A DNA stretch of 40,325 nt from a virus, in the UHGV virus genome UHGV-0382853; one strand, written 5' to 3'. The notes under the pieces were generated by a model. That model was not told the DNA's origin and did no database searches. It saw only the letters and a list, made by a program, of their open reading frames with translations. The position numbers were made by a program, and so were the translations under genes. Position 1 is the first letter of the stretch, and each line of letters opens with the position of its first letter. This document shows positions 28,866 through 37,494 of the stretch, in pieces.

Positions 28866-28978
28866 GTGCGCTGCTAAGGCACTGGAGCAAATGGTCAGGA
28901 TGGTACTTATTCCTGGCCTCTGTTTCAGCATGGCTTTATCTGCTGGCATTAATTTTCAGAGAGGGTTGGATTAAGTGA
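28862..28978 (+). CDS. small hydrophobic peptide (38 aa)
   Basis: Not in the track; ATG overlaps the AlpA stop (ATGA) and its stop overlaps the next GTG start; Trp-rich, one predicted TM segment. Confidence 0.3.
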   Translation: MSALLRHWSKWSGWYLFLASVSAWLYLLALIFREGWIK

Positions 28979-29274
28979 GAAAGTTAAGCCGACTTGAAAA
29001 ATATCACATGAACAAGGTTTCAATGCGCCGTCCTTCAAAGGTTATCGCCGTTACTCCTGCGGCGATAGAGTTCGAAAAACGCGCGATTGAAAGAGAGAAA
29101 AAAGGGCAGTTCCGCATTGCCGCCCACCTTTGGCTTCAGTGTATGGATGTTGCTTCTGGTGATGTTGAGCGTGCAAGGATCGCGGTTCGCAGGGACCAAT
29201 GTATCACAAAAGGTAACGGCCTTCGCCGTGGCGACTATAGCGGCATAGGATGTTGCGGGGTGGTTTATGACTAA
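28975..29274 (+). CDS. PerC-like transcriptional regulator (tentative)
   Basis: 99-aa ORF; motif ...AAIEFEKRAIEREKKGQFRIAAHLW... reminiscent of PerC/Pch family; start uncertain (GTG 28975 or ATG 29005). Confidence 0.35.
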   Translation: MRKLSRLEKYHMNKVSMRRPSKVIAVTPAAIEFEKRAIEREKKGQFRIAAHLWLQCMDVASGDVERARIAVRRDQCITKGNGLRRGDYSGIGCCGVVYD

Positions 29275-29917
29275 GAAATACACGCTAATCTATGCAGATC
29301 CACCATGGGTATACCGGGACAAAGCCGCAGATGGTAATCGCGGTGCCGGTTTTAAATATCCAGTTATGAGTGTGCTGGATATCTGCCGCCTTCCTGTGTG
29401 GGATTTGACCGCTGAAAACTGTCTGTTGGCCATGTGGTGGGTGCCAACACAACCACTCGAAGCACTAAAAGTTGTTGAAGCCTGGGGATTTCGTCTGATG
29501 ACCATGAAGGGCTTCACGTGGATAAAATGTGGTAGTCGACAACCAGATAAACTGGTTATGGGTATGGGACACATGACTCGCGCCAATAGTGAAGATTGCC
29601 TGTTTGCAGTAAAGGGAAAACTACCTACGCGCATTAATGCAGGGATCGTTCAGTCATTTACCGCACCGCGGCTTGAGCATTCAAGAAAACCAGATATTGT
29701 TCGTGAAAAACTTGTGCAATTGTTAGGCGATGTTTCTCGCATTGAACTATTCGCCCGCCAGACGTCTCATGGCTTCGATGTTTGGGGTAATCAGTGCGAA
29801 GACCCGGCAGTGCAACTACACCCTGGATACGCGTTGGATATTGCCGGATTAACAAATGCATTCAGCAATGCTCCGCTGTCACCAACAGACAACCAGGGGC
29901 GGGAGCGTGCAGCATGA
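29267..29917 (+). CDS. MT-A70-family DNA N6-adenine methyltransferase
   Basis: 216 aa; N-terminal LIYADPPW catalytic motif; no adjacent restriction gene. Confidence 0.75.
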   Translation: MTKKYTLIYADPPWVYRDKAADGNRGAGFKYPVMSVLDICRLPVWDLTAENCLLAMWWVPTQPLEALKVVEAWGFRLMTMKGFTWIKCGSRQPDKLVMGMGHMTRANSEDCLFAVKGKLPTRINAGIVQSFTAPRLEHSRKPDIVREKLVQLLGDVSRIELFARQTSHGFDVWGNQCEDPAVQLHPGYALDIAGLTNAFSNAPLSPTDNQGRERAA

Positions 29918-30108
29918 ACAGGGCATCACCAGCAGATTTAAGGAAATGCCTTGAAACTGCAAACATGCTTGCACACAGCGGGATCAGGTTTGTTCCAATT
30001 CCCGCTGTCACTGATGCTGAATTTGCAACGCTGTCAGCAATATTCGCAGACAAAATTGAATCACTGGCAGCAGAAGCCGAGATGGAAGAAAATCAGCAGA
30101 ACTATTAA
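29914..30108 (+). CDS. hypothetical protein
   Basis: 64 aa from ATG 29914 (ATGA overlap with methylase stop, GGGAG SD); track start at 29794 discarded. Confidence 0.4.
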   Translation: MNRASPADLRKCLETANMLAHSGIRFVPIPAVTDAEFATLSAIFADKIESLAAEAEMEENQQNY

Positions 30109-30114
30109 ACGTTA

Positions 30115-31362
30115 TTATCCCGCCATCCACTTCTCAAACTTCGACGGGGAGAACGGAATCAGATCCGTATGCTCCCCGTCAATCCAGGAATCAATCATAT
30201 CGGCCCACTGCTGCAACATGTAGGCGCGCTGTCTGGCGTATTCCGCTTTGTTATATACGGCGCGCACACCTTTCTGCTCATGTGCCAGAGCCTTTTCAAT
30301 CCAGTCTGAAGGATAACCAGCCTCATGCAACAACGTACTTGCTGTACGGCGCATATCGTGTACGGTGAAGCCCTGAATATGCTCACCATCTTCATTTATT
30401 ATTTTCACCGTTCTGTCGATCAGAGAGTTCAGCGCGGCATTAGATAATGGCTTCCGGAAATTGTAACGACCAGGAACCAGATATTCACTTCCACCAGCGC
30501 ACATCTGCAACCCGACCAATATATCCTGAGCCTGTTTAGGCAGGTAAATAACGTGCGCCCGGCTTCCCTTCATGCGGTCTGAAGGAATTGTCCATGTCCA
30601 TTTTTTAAAATCTATTTCATCCCACGTTGCGTTGGTGAATTCGCCTTTACGAACCATAGTGATAAGCACCAGCTTTAAAGCCATTTTCATAGTGCCCATA
30701 GCACCAATGGCATCCAGCGTGCGGAAGAACAGGCCAATTTCTTCTGGTGTCAGTGTTCGCTCTCGTGGTTTAAATATGGCGATAGACGAAGGTTTAATGT
30801 CAGCCGCAGGATTAAACAAACCATGACCACGGTCATTGGCGTGACGGTATACGCTGCTGATGATCTCCCTGGCCTGTACTGCTGTTGCCCGACCACCGCG
30901 TTCGACAATCCGGTCACACAAATCACGAACCATCGATGTGGTAATTTCAGCCATCATTTTGTTGCCAAGAACCGGAAGTATGTCACGGTCGATCACCGCC
31001 TGCTTCATTGCGCGGGTACTGTCAGCCAGGATGACGTGTTTCATATAACTGTCGGTATGTACCGCAAACGTCTCAGCACCACGAATCTTTTTGATACCGT
31101 CACGTTTAGCCGCAGCCGGTGACTGGCCTGCTTTAAGCAGCTTCTTTGCAGCAATCAGTTCTTCCCGCGCTTCTGCCAGGCTGATACCGTCACGCCCATA
31201 CTGCCCGATTACCAGTGTTTCGCGGCGACCGTTGATACGGTAGTCATAGCGAAACGAGACCGTGCCTGACGTAAGCACAGCTACATACAGCCCGTCACGA
31301 TCGGAGACCTTGTACAGTTTGTCCTGCGGCTTGAGGTTTTTTAATTTTGTATCGGTAAGCAC
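30115..31362 (-). CDS. int: tyrosine integrase (P4-type)
   Basis: 415 aa; N-terminal MLTDTKLKNLKP...DGLYVAV... (DUF4102-like arm-binding domain) and C-terminal HDMRRTASTLLHEAGY...YNKAEYARQ catalytic region. Confidence 0.9.
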   Translation of the reverse strand: MLTDTKLKNLKPQDKLYKVSDRDGLYVAVLTSGTVSFRYDYRINGRRETLVIGQYGRDGISLAEAREELIAAKKLLKAGQSPAAAKRDGIKKIRGAETFAVHTDSYMKHVILADSTRAMKQAVIDRDILPVLGNKMMAEITTSMVRDLCDRIVERGGRATAVQAREIISSVYRHANDRGHGLFNPAADIKPSSIAIFKPRERTLTPEEIGLFFRTLDAIGAMGTMKMALKLVLITMVRKGEFTNATWDEIDFKKWTWTIPSDRMKGSRAHVIYLPKQAQDILVGLQMCAGGSEYLVPGRYNFRKPLSNAALNSLIDRTVKIINEDGEHIQGFTVHDMRRTASTLLHEAGYPSDWIEKALAHEQKGVRAVYNKAEYARQRAYMLQQWADMIDSWIDGEHTDLIPFSPSKFEKWMAG

Positions 31363-31404
31363 AATTCACCCGTATAGAAACCATTTTCATGACGGTATGA
31401 GAGT

Positions 31405-31419
31405 ATACCTTTAAGGTAA
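31405..31419. promoter_or_regulatory. operator-like palindrome upstream of integrase, nested in a larger inverted repeat
   Basis: atacctttaaggtaa flanked by tgacggtat (31390-31398) and ataccgtca (31419-31427). Confidence 0.45.
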
Positions 31420-31679
31420 TACCGTCACCTGTACCGCCGAAAAATATGGTGTAGAGTGAATAGAAATGAATACATAAAAACAAAAACCCCCTGCAAAAAC
31501 AGAGGGTTGAGTTGGCATCTGAATAGGAATGATTTGCTATGAGTTAGCTGTTAATCATTCCCACTCAATTATTTACGATAACCATAACCAATTGAGTGAT
31601 AACATTTTTCCAAATCTCAATTTTTATCGTACCGTTTTATATACCGTCACCGGAAATCAGTACCATGAAAAATGCCATG

Positions 31680-32162
31680 CTATCTGGTCAGGGTGTCGTA
31701 CTGTTTTTCACAGACTCTTCCGGCTTCGGCTGCCCGGTCAGCATACTCTGCCAGTTGTCTGTTTCTCTCGAGAGATTTACTGAGCACGTCGGCAAGCAAA
31801 ACTCCGGTGTCTGCGGCTGACGTCCCAGCGCCGACAATGGCGTTATACTGCCTGAGCTGCTCACGGATGGCAACGAGCTGTTGCTGCAACCGGCCAGCGC
31901 GAGCGGCAGCATCAAGAGCATCATTGCGCGCCTGGTCGATCCTCTGCTGCGCTTCACGTTCATTGATCGCTTTCTCCTGTTCGTAGTGCTGACGAATTCT
32001 CTCATCTTCGGTTTTGCGGTCTTCTTTCGCCTGCGCATACCCGGCGTCGTACTGACGACTGCCGTGTACACTCCAGGCAACAACTCCTGATATGACCAGA
32101 ACAGCAAGCACCGCCATGATAATCAACTGTTTCCGGTATGCTTTTACGAATGCCCAGATCAT
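31680..32162 (-). CDS. i-spanin (Rz-like)
   Basis: 160 aa; N-terminal TM helix then Gln/Arg/Glu-rich coiled coil; directly downstream of the endolysin. Confidence 0.7.
   Translation of the reverse strand: MIWAFVKAYRKQLIIMAVLAVLVISGVVAWSVHGSRQYDAGYAQAKEDRKTEDERIRQHYEQEKAINEREAQQRIDQARNDALDAAARAGRLQQQLVAIREQLRQYNAIVGAGTSAADTGVLLADVLSKSLERNRQLAEYADRAAEAGRVCEKQYDTLTR
31688..31924 (-). CDS. o-spanin (Rz1-like) embedded in the Rz frame
   Basis: Alternative frame encodes [17 protein letters not shown]... (signal peptide with LAGC lipobox); start could also be the upstream Met at 31963. Confidence 0.45.
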   Translation of the reverse strand: MMLLMLPLALAGCSNSSLPSVSSSGSITPLSALGRQPQTPEFCLPTCSVNLSRETDNWQSMLTGQPKPEESVKNSTTP

Positions 32163-32788
32163 ACCGCCAGCACCTTACTGGCATTGATGTATCGCGCGCG
32201 CCGGTCGTCGATGCCGTTCCGGCCACCATTGATAATCAGAGTTACACGTGCAATATCGCCGGTATACTTCATGCATCCTTTGCTGGCAAAGAACCACGCC
32301 GCGCTACGAGCCGCGTATTCGTCCTGCGCCAGCAGTTCAGGACTCTCCAGCAGGTCAACCTTAAGACCGTTTCCACAGTCACGATAGTTATTCAAACCGG
32401 TAACCTGGATAAGCCCGCGCCCACGGTAGTTCCAGCCATCACCAGGGGCATTGTTCCCCATGCGTTTGCTGTACACCAGATTGGCAATCGCTCTCTGGCG
32501 CTCAAGTGGCAATGGTGGTTCGCCTGCACGTCGCCCCAATGCGTTGGCCTGTCCCTGAGTGAGACGCCCAGCCCGAACAAAGTTAGCCAGTCCGCTGACG
32601 CTGTAGTTGAAATTCTCCTGCAACCGGGTGAAGCCTCCAGACTCATGCCCGACCTGAGCAATAAACATAGCCTGATCTTCTGGTTTGCTGATACCAAACT
32701 CTTTCATCGCAGAAGTTATATGCGAGAACCAGCGTGCGGCCAGTGCCTCGCTGATACCAGCAGCTCGCTGGAATTGTTTAATCTCCAT
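32159..32788 (-). CDS. endolysin, glycoside hydrolase family 19-like
   Basis: Motifs [12 protein letters not shown] and [16 protein letters not shown] typical of GH19 phage lysozymes; GAGGT SD. Confidence 0.8.
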   Translation of the reverse strand: MEIKQFQRAAGISEALAARWFSHITSAMKEFGISKPEDQAMFIAQVGHESGGFTRLQENFNYSVSGLANFVRAGRLTQGQANALGRRAGEPPLPLERQRAIANLVYSKRMGNNAPGDGWNYRGRGLIQVTGLNNYRDCGNGLKVDLLESPELLAQDEYAARSAAWFFASKGCMKYTGDIARVTLIINGGRNGIDDRRARYINASKVLAV

Positions 32789-33086
32789 GTTTAGACCTCG
32801 ATACTTTGAAAATTTGAACGACGTTACCGCGCGTTTTAATAACCGCAGCTAGCATGACAGCGTTGATAATGACCTCAGATAAATCCACAGCCATTGGCGT
32901 ACGTAACCAGATTGCATAGGCGACACGAACAGGAATACTGGCCGCAGCAACAATCAGGAAATAAGCAAGCCATCCTCCCCACCTTCGGTGTTGAGAGCCG
33001 TTACGCCGGAATGTGACAACGCGAATTGCTATGCCAGTGCAAATAACTGCATTGGTGATAAGCAAAAAAAACTCATGCGTTACCAT
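32778..33086 (-). CDS. putative holin
   Basis: 102 aa with 2-3 predicted TM helices and charged C-terminus; immediately upstream of the endolysin; GGGGAG SD. Confidence 0.5.
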   Translation of the reverse strand: MVTHEFFLLITNAVICTGIAIRVVTFRRNGSQHRRWGGWLAYFLIVAAASIPVRVAYAIWLRTPMAVDLSEVIINAVMLAAVIKTRGNVVQIFKVSRSKHGD

Positions 33087-33477
33087 CGTCTTTTCTCCCC
33101 GGAATTAACTCGCGTGGATTATCGGAACGGTGATAGAGCCATATACCAATACGCACAGCGACAATTGCTGACACGAATGCGCCTGCAGAGAAAACAATCC
33201 CTTTTTCAAAAGAGTCCTGCGTGATGGTAGGGATCAGGCTGGCTATGCCGATAAGAATTGATGCTGCTGGTTTGTAAAAGAGAAGGCCGCAAAGAAAGCT
33301 GAGCATCGACAGGAGCACCCGGCGACGGATGGGGTACTCTACTGCAGAGGTAACAAAAATTACCGCTCCAGCCAAAGCACCCAAAGCAACCTCAGGAGGA
33401 ACTCCTGCTATCACCGCCGCCAGAGAACTCATGCTAAGCCACTGATTTAAAGTTTCACTGGTTAGTTGAGCTGACAT
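33073..33477 (-). CDS. holin-like membrane protein (holin or antiholin)
   Basis: Start moved to ATG 33477 (GGTGGA SD); 3-4 hydrophobic helices; lysis-cassette position. Confidence 0.45.
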   Translation of the reverse strand: MSAQLTSETLNQWLSMSSLAAVIAGVPPEVALGALAGAVIFVTSAVEYPIRRRVLLSMLSFLCGLLFYKPAASILIGIASLIPTITQDSFEKGIVFSAGAFVSAIVAVRIGIWLYHRSDNPRELIPGRKDDGNA

Positions 33478-33679
33478 GTTTTCCACCGTTTATATGCATA
33501 ACAACCTCCTGAACAGTAAAGCATTACGCATAATAAACCATTTATGGTTTTTTGTTACTTTAACATCGTCAATTCCCTGTTTTTCATGCCGAGAATAAAG
33601 CTCACCTTTTACATGACTCTGAAGAAACAAACAGTGAAGAGCAGGTTGAATACCGCACCATTTAATGGCGCGGTAGCAG

Positions 33680-33976
33680 TCAAATAGAGAAATAAACACA
33701 AAAACAAAAAACAACAGGAACAGCAAAATCCAACAGACTTCCCACATCCCACACGCGTGGATCAAAACCTCCCCACCACGGCATGTTGATACGTTTCCCT
33801 TTCCCAAACTTTTCTATCCAGCGATATTCTGCCTGGGTGTGTTCACGCGCAATGAAGAACGTACAACCGGCTATCGCACCGTAAGCCCAGTTTCCGGTAA
33901 AAATACCAACCAGTACCTGAGCCACAAAAGCGCAAAGCGAGTGAAGAAATGGAGTGACATCAATGCTCTTAATCAT
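33680..33976 (-). CDS. small membrane protein co-transcribed with tailspike
   Basis: 98 aa, two hydrophobic segments; ATG overlaps the tailspike stop (ATGA). Confidence 0.45.
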   Translation of the reverse strand: MIKSIDVTPFLHSLCAFVAQVLVGIFTGNWAYGAIAGCTFFIAREHTQAEYRWIEKFGKGKRINMPWWGGFDPRVWDVGSLLDFAVPVVFCFCVYFSI

Positions 33977-36162
33977 GAAACTTCCCCATTGGTTGAAAAT
34001 ATGGCTCCTCCAACGCCAAGTGTATTTCGTGTTGTGCTCAACCTCAGAGGGCTGGAGTCAGAATTAGAATATCCTGTAGCAGAAATAAAAGATCCTCCAC
34101 TAATAGTCAACTGCGGAACATCGGCTATATCTGAATAAGTTCTGTCAGCAACAGTATTATTTATAGCCACATATGATCCAAAAAAACTTCTTATTGTTTG
34201 GTTTTTAACTTTACTTCCTTCAATGGTTATCCTACTACCACAGTCGGCAATAAATCCTGAATCTGCATCCAGCGTTGCATTCATAAAAGAAGCTTCAGAT
34301 CTCTCTACATCAATCCATCTAATATCTTTTGTGGGATTTGCACCAAATACATGACAAATATTAGAGTTAAACCTTACACCATCTTGGAGGTGCATTAATT
34401 TTTTTATATCTGTACCCCATAGCCTTGGAAAATTAACAGATGCTCCTGCATGGCAATCAAATCCCAGCTCAGCCCCTGAGATATCTACAGCCTTTCCTGA
34501 AATAACAGCACCAGTGTCTGCATTAACGGCTGTTCCACAATTGCGCATATCATTACCAGCAACATCAACGCAACCCGCACCATCAATACGCACACCAAGT
34601 GCACATCCATAAAAACCTTTTTCAATATTTGGTTCAAGGACTTTACCACTTGTTTCTGCATCACTTTCTTCAACGTCATGTCGTCTTGCATCAACATATG
34701 CTGTATGAATGCAGGTTAATCCACGATATGAGCAATGTATAGTTTTATGGTCGCGTATATTAACATTTGAACCATCTCTTACATTCCATCCTATATAACA
34801 ATAGCTTGCACTTGACCCCTGAAAATCTGCTTTAACATTATAAATACAATTAACTGACGCAACCGTACTCTCTGTGCACCGTTCAAACTTGCTTACAGGC
34901 ATTGATGCCTTGACATTATTTACCAGTTGCAGGGAAGAGTATCTGCTATAAGAAAAATCACATACGTAATACCCTTCTGGCATATATGCAGCAACACTTT
35001 CCTCATCAGGAGCACATCCGGTATGATATGCACTAATTTTTGCACCAAAACTACCATGAATTCCAACGTAGAACTTTCGAGCACCTGAATACGGATAGAA
35101 ATTAAGTTCAGCTTTTTGAGTTACAATAAATGCACAAACATCGCTATCATCTCTATTTTCTTCGATCTGAATAGCAAATACAGGACTTTTTGCTGCATCG
35201 CAAATGTAAAATAAATACTTGTATTCGTAATACGTTCTAACGATTTTAGTAAACAAACGAGTGTCAGAGAAAACCACTGAGTCTTCTGATGTTATTTTAA
35301 TCCAAGACAAATCAACACCTGAACTGAATTCAATTTGATAGTTGATAATATGCCCGGTCTTAATTCTTATTTCGCAGAAAGCATTACCACCATCCCACAT
35401 AGGTCTCATTGACTGGGCTGCAATGATTGCATCTTTGAGTGTAGGGTAATCACCCCATTCGCCAACAGTAATAACAAAAGTATAATATGAGTTAAAAACA
35501 GCGGCATTTTTGCCTTTGGATATCAACTCCTTAATCATAAAAATATTATCTTCGTAATCACAAGGAGAAATTATATCCCTCATTTTGCTTTGAAATGTTC
35601 GTTGTCTTGCCCCGCTTCCTGACGGTATAAACCAACCAAAACCACCAACAACCCCGGCGATTGCAGCATCGACATAATTACGCATTGAGCGATTATTTAC
35701 AGCATCCTGCTCAAGTGATGGATCTGCAAGGTTAGAAATTCTGTTTTGCTTTGCATCGTAATATTTTGCAAGCAGAGAGGGCTTCATCAATGCACGTCTG
35801 AACCACCCAAAACATTGCTGGATCAGCATCGTCAGGTAGTCAAAGGCATCTTCATGCACTTCGGGGAAAAATTTTCCCTGATTGCGAAGGTCTGTCTCCT
35901 GCACTACATCAAGCACACGATCTATCGTAATTCGCCATCCAGTAGCAAGCGGAGACGGAAGAACCACAGAACCGCCACTATAAGTGCCCGCCCCAGTTAC
36001 CGTATAACCGGTATCCAGGACCAATTCTGTTACGTTCCCGTTCAGGTCAGACACCTGAACAACCAGGTCTGATTTTCTGAAAATTCGAAAAGTATACGGA
36101 AACGATGTCGTAACGCCGTTACCGGTGTATTCGTTGTGGTCAACTTCGGTTGAGACCGTCAT
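33973..36162 (-). CDS. tailspike / tail fibre with conserved N-terminal anchor and probable beta-helix depolymerase C-terminal domain
   Basis: 729 aa; N-terminus ...YTGNGVTTSFPYTF...LDTGYTV...ITIDRVL...ETDLRNQG resembles podoviral tail-fibre N-terminal domain; the C-terminal two thirds are AT-rich with Cys/Asn/Ser/Gly-rich repeats. Confidence 0.65.
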   Translation of the reverse strand: MTVSTEVDHNEYTGNGVTTSFPYTFRIFRKSDLVVQVSDLNGNVTELVLDTGYTVTGAGTYSGGSVVLPSPLATGWRITIDRVLDVVQETDLRNQGKFFPEVHEDAFDYLTMLIQQCFGWFRRALMKPSLLAKYYDAKQNRISNLADPSLEQDAVNNRSMRNYVDAAIAGVVGGFGWFIPSGSGARQRTFQSKMRDIISPCDYEDNIFMIKELISKGKNAAVFNSYYTFVITVGEWGDYPTLKDAIIAAQSMRPMWDGGNAFCEIRIKTGHIINYQIEFSSGVDLSWIKITSEDSVVFSDTRLFTKIVRTYYEYKYLFYICDAAKSPVFAIQIEENRDDSDVCAFIVTQKAELNFYPYSGARKFYVGIHGSFGAKISAYHTGCAPDEESVAAYMPEGYYVCDFSYSRYSSLQLVNNVKASMPVSKFERCTESTVASVNCIYNVKADFQGSSASYCYIGWNVRDGSNVNIRDHKTIHCSYRGLTCIHTAYVDARRHDVEESDAETSGKVLEPNIEKGFYGCALGVRIDGAGCVDVAGNDMRNCGTAVNADTGAVISGKAVDISGAELGFDCHAGASVNFPRLWGTDIKKLMHLQDGVRFNSNICHVFGANPTKDIRWIDVERSEASFMNATLDADSGFIADCGSRITIEGSKVKNQTIRSFFGSYVAINNTVADRTYSDIADVPQLTISGGSFISATGYSNSDSSPLRLSTTRNTLGVGGAIFSTNGEVS

Positions 36163-36266
36163 GTTAAATCTCCAGATAGTCGCAGCACCCGTTGCGCCGC
36201 ATATCTGGTTATTCTATTACCTGAAAAACCACATATGGATAAAAAGGCTGTAAATACGAATAGATA

Positions 36267-36281
36267 TTACCTTTCAGGTAA
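36267..36281. promoter_or_regulatory. operator-like palindrome between tailspike and antirepressor
   Basis: ttacctttcaggtaa; half-site ttacctgaa at about 36217. Confidence 0.5.
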
Positions 36282-36320
36282 TTTGCAAAACGTGCTGGAT
36301 AGCAAACAAATTATTTGCTA

Positions 36321-36336
36321 CTGTATAAATATACAG
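36321..36336. promoter_or_regulatory. LexA (SOS) box
   Basis: taCTGTataaatatACAGtt: exact CTGT-N8-ACAG with AT-rich spacer, 22 bp upstream of the ATG at 36358. Confidence 0.75.
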
Positions 36337-36357
36337 TTATTGCATGGAGAAGATAAG

Positions 36358-36615
36358 ATGCAGCGGTATCACTATCCACTGGAAGACGGATTTACCGAAA
36401 GGATTCACACGCCGGGAGGCGTCAGGTCACTGGTGGAGGGATCGCACTTGATGAAATTACTCCGGGATCTCGATAAGGATGGATTTAATGTCGATGGCCC
36501 ACTTGCCGAACTGACTGCACTGATTAACTACGTTACCAGCTCACAGATGTCTATGCGGGATCTGCAAACACATCTCGACTATTGTGCCGAACAATTACGA
36601 AAACAAACCCGGTAA
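36358..36615 (+). CDS. small antirepressor-like protein, paralog of the C-terminal domain of the AntA-type antirepressor
   Basis: 85 aa from ATG 36358 (GGAGAAG SD); aligns with the C-terminus of the 37766..38422 product (IH.P.GV...LM.LL..L..DG..V.G..AELT...LRD.QTH); the track start 36235 lies upstream of the LexA box and is discarded. Confidence 0.6.
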   Translation: MQRYHYPLEDGFTERIHTPGGVRSLVEGSHLMKLLRDLDKDGFNVDGPLAELTALINYVTSSQMSMRDLQTHLDYCAEQLRKQTR

Positions 36616-36622
36616 ATTTAAA

Positions 36623-36638
36623 GGCCGCAAGAGCGGCC
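36623..36638. terminator. bidirectional terminator hairpin
   Basis: ggccgc-aaga-gcggcc flanked by T-rich sequence on both strands; between convergent genes. Confidence 0.5.
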
Positions 36639-37366
36639 TATCGTTTCGCTTTGTGCTCGTCCCAGCACGTTTTGCACCATGCCATTAAGCCATCCGCATT
36701 TTGATTATTAGGGTAAAAGCTTGTTCGTTTTCTGCGGACATTACAAATTGGGCACCACTTCATATGGCGTGTATTCTTTGGGCCATCGAGACACCTTGCA
36801 CACCACTTAGTCAATCCATCTGGATTTTTTGACGATTTCCTGAATTTTTCATATGGTAGGTTTATTCTGCATCGCAAGCACTGCTTGCTACCACTTGAAA
36901 CTCTGTTAGCTGATTCTTCTTTTGGCGGCGATACAGAAGGTATTCTTGCTGGCTCTGATACTGCCTGAGGTGCTTTTTTAGATGACTGAGACGATATGTC
37001 ATCACCAGGGAATCTTCCATGATATGCCGGACGCATTGACACTCCAGGTGGAAGCTCAGCTGTAAACGGCTTTGGCTGAATCAGTTGCCTCTCTTTTGCT
37101 AACTCCTGCTGTTTATAATATGTCTGGATTACCGCACTATCATAAGCAGGAGGTGCGGAAATATTAGGCGCATTACCTCCAGTTTTTTGAAACTGAGTAG
37201 AGGTGTGTTCTATCACCTGTGTACGATTAATCGTTATCTCCCCATCTTCGGTCTTTATCGTTTTGTTATGATTAACGACCGTACGATCAGAGATCTTAGT
37301 CTTGTTCTGGTTGATAACGTAAATAATCACCGCAACCACACCAACAACTATCCAGAAAACTTCCAT
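36638..37366 (-). CDS. membrane-anchored protein with duplicated C-terminal zinc-ribbon (CxxC-N-CxxC x2)
   Basis: 242 aa; N-terminal TM helix (FWIVVGVVAVIIYVI); C-terminal repeats C.RC...DGL..WC..C; GAGGAAAA SD. Confidence 0.5.
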   Translation of the reverse strand: MEVFWIVVGVVAVIIYVINQNKTKISDRTVVNHNKTIKTEDGEITINRTQVIEHTSTQFQKTGGNAPNISAPPAYDSAVIQTYYKQQELAKERQLIQPKPFTAELPPGVSMRPAYHGRFPGDDISSQSSKKAPQAVSEPARIPSVSPPKEESANRVSSGSKQCLRCRINLPYEKFRKSSKNPDGLTKWCARCLDGPKNTRHMKWCPICNVRRKRTSFYPNNQNADGLMAWCKTCWDEHKAKR

Positions 37367-37386
37367 TGCTTTTCCTCACAATAACA

Positions 37387-37401
37387 TTACCTTAAAGGTA
37401 A
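37387..37401. promoter_or_regulatory. operator-like palindrome
   Basis: ttaccttaaaggtaa, about 21 bp upstream of the minus-strand start at 37366. Confidence 0.5.
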
Positions 37402-37479
37402 TATCTTGCTTTCAGGTGATCAAGCGTTAAACGCAATCAACCAAATACGGTTGATTTTAATATTTCTTCGCGTTTATCA

Positions 37480-37494
37480 TTACCTTTGCGGTAA
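37480..37494. promoter_or_regulatory. operator-like palindrome
   Basis: ttacctttgcggtaa at the head of the antirepressor leader. Confidence 0.5.

Noticed and set aside
33490-33807. 105-aa ORF overlapping the 3' part of the 33680..33976 gene
   Set aside because: Different frame overlapping a better-supported coupled gene; no SD; the region is AT-rich intergenic or promoter-like.
36235-36357. N-terminal extension of the small antirepressor ORF given in the track
   Set aside because: It would start upstream of the LexA box and operator; the ATG at 36358 has a good SD and gives a product matching the paralog domain.
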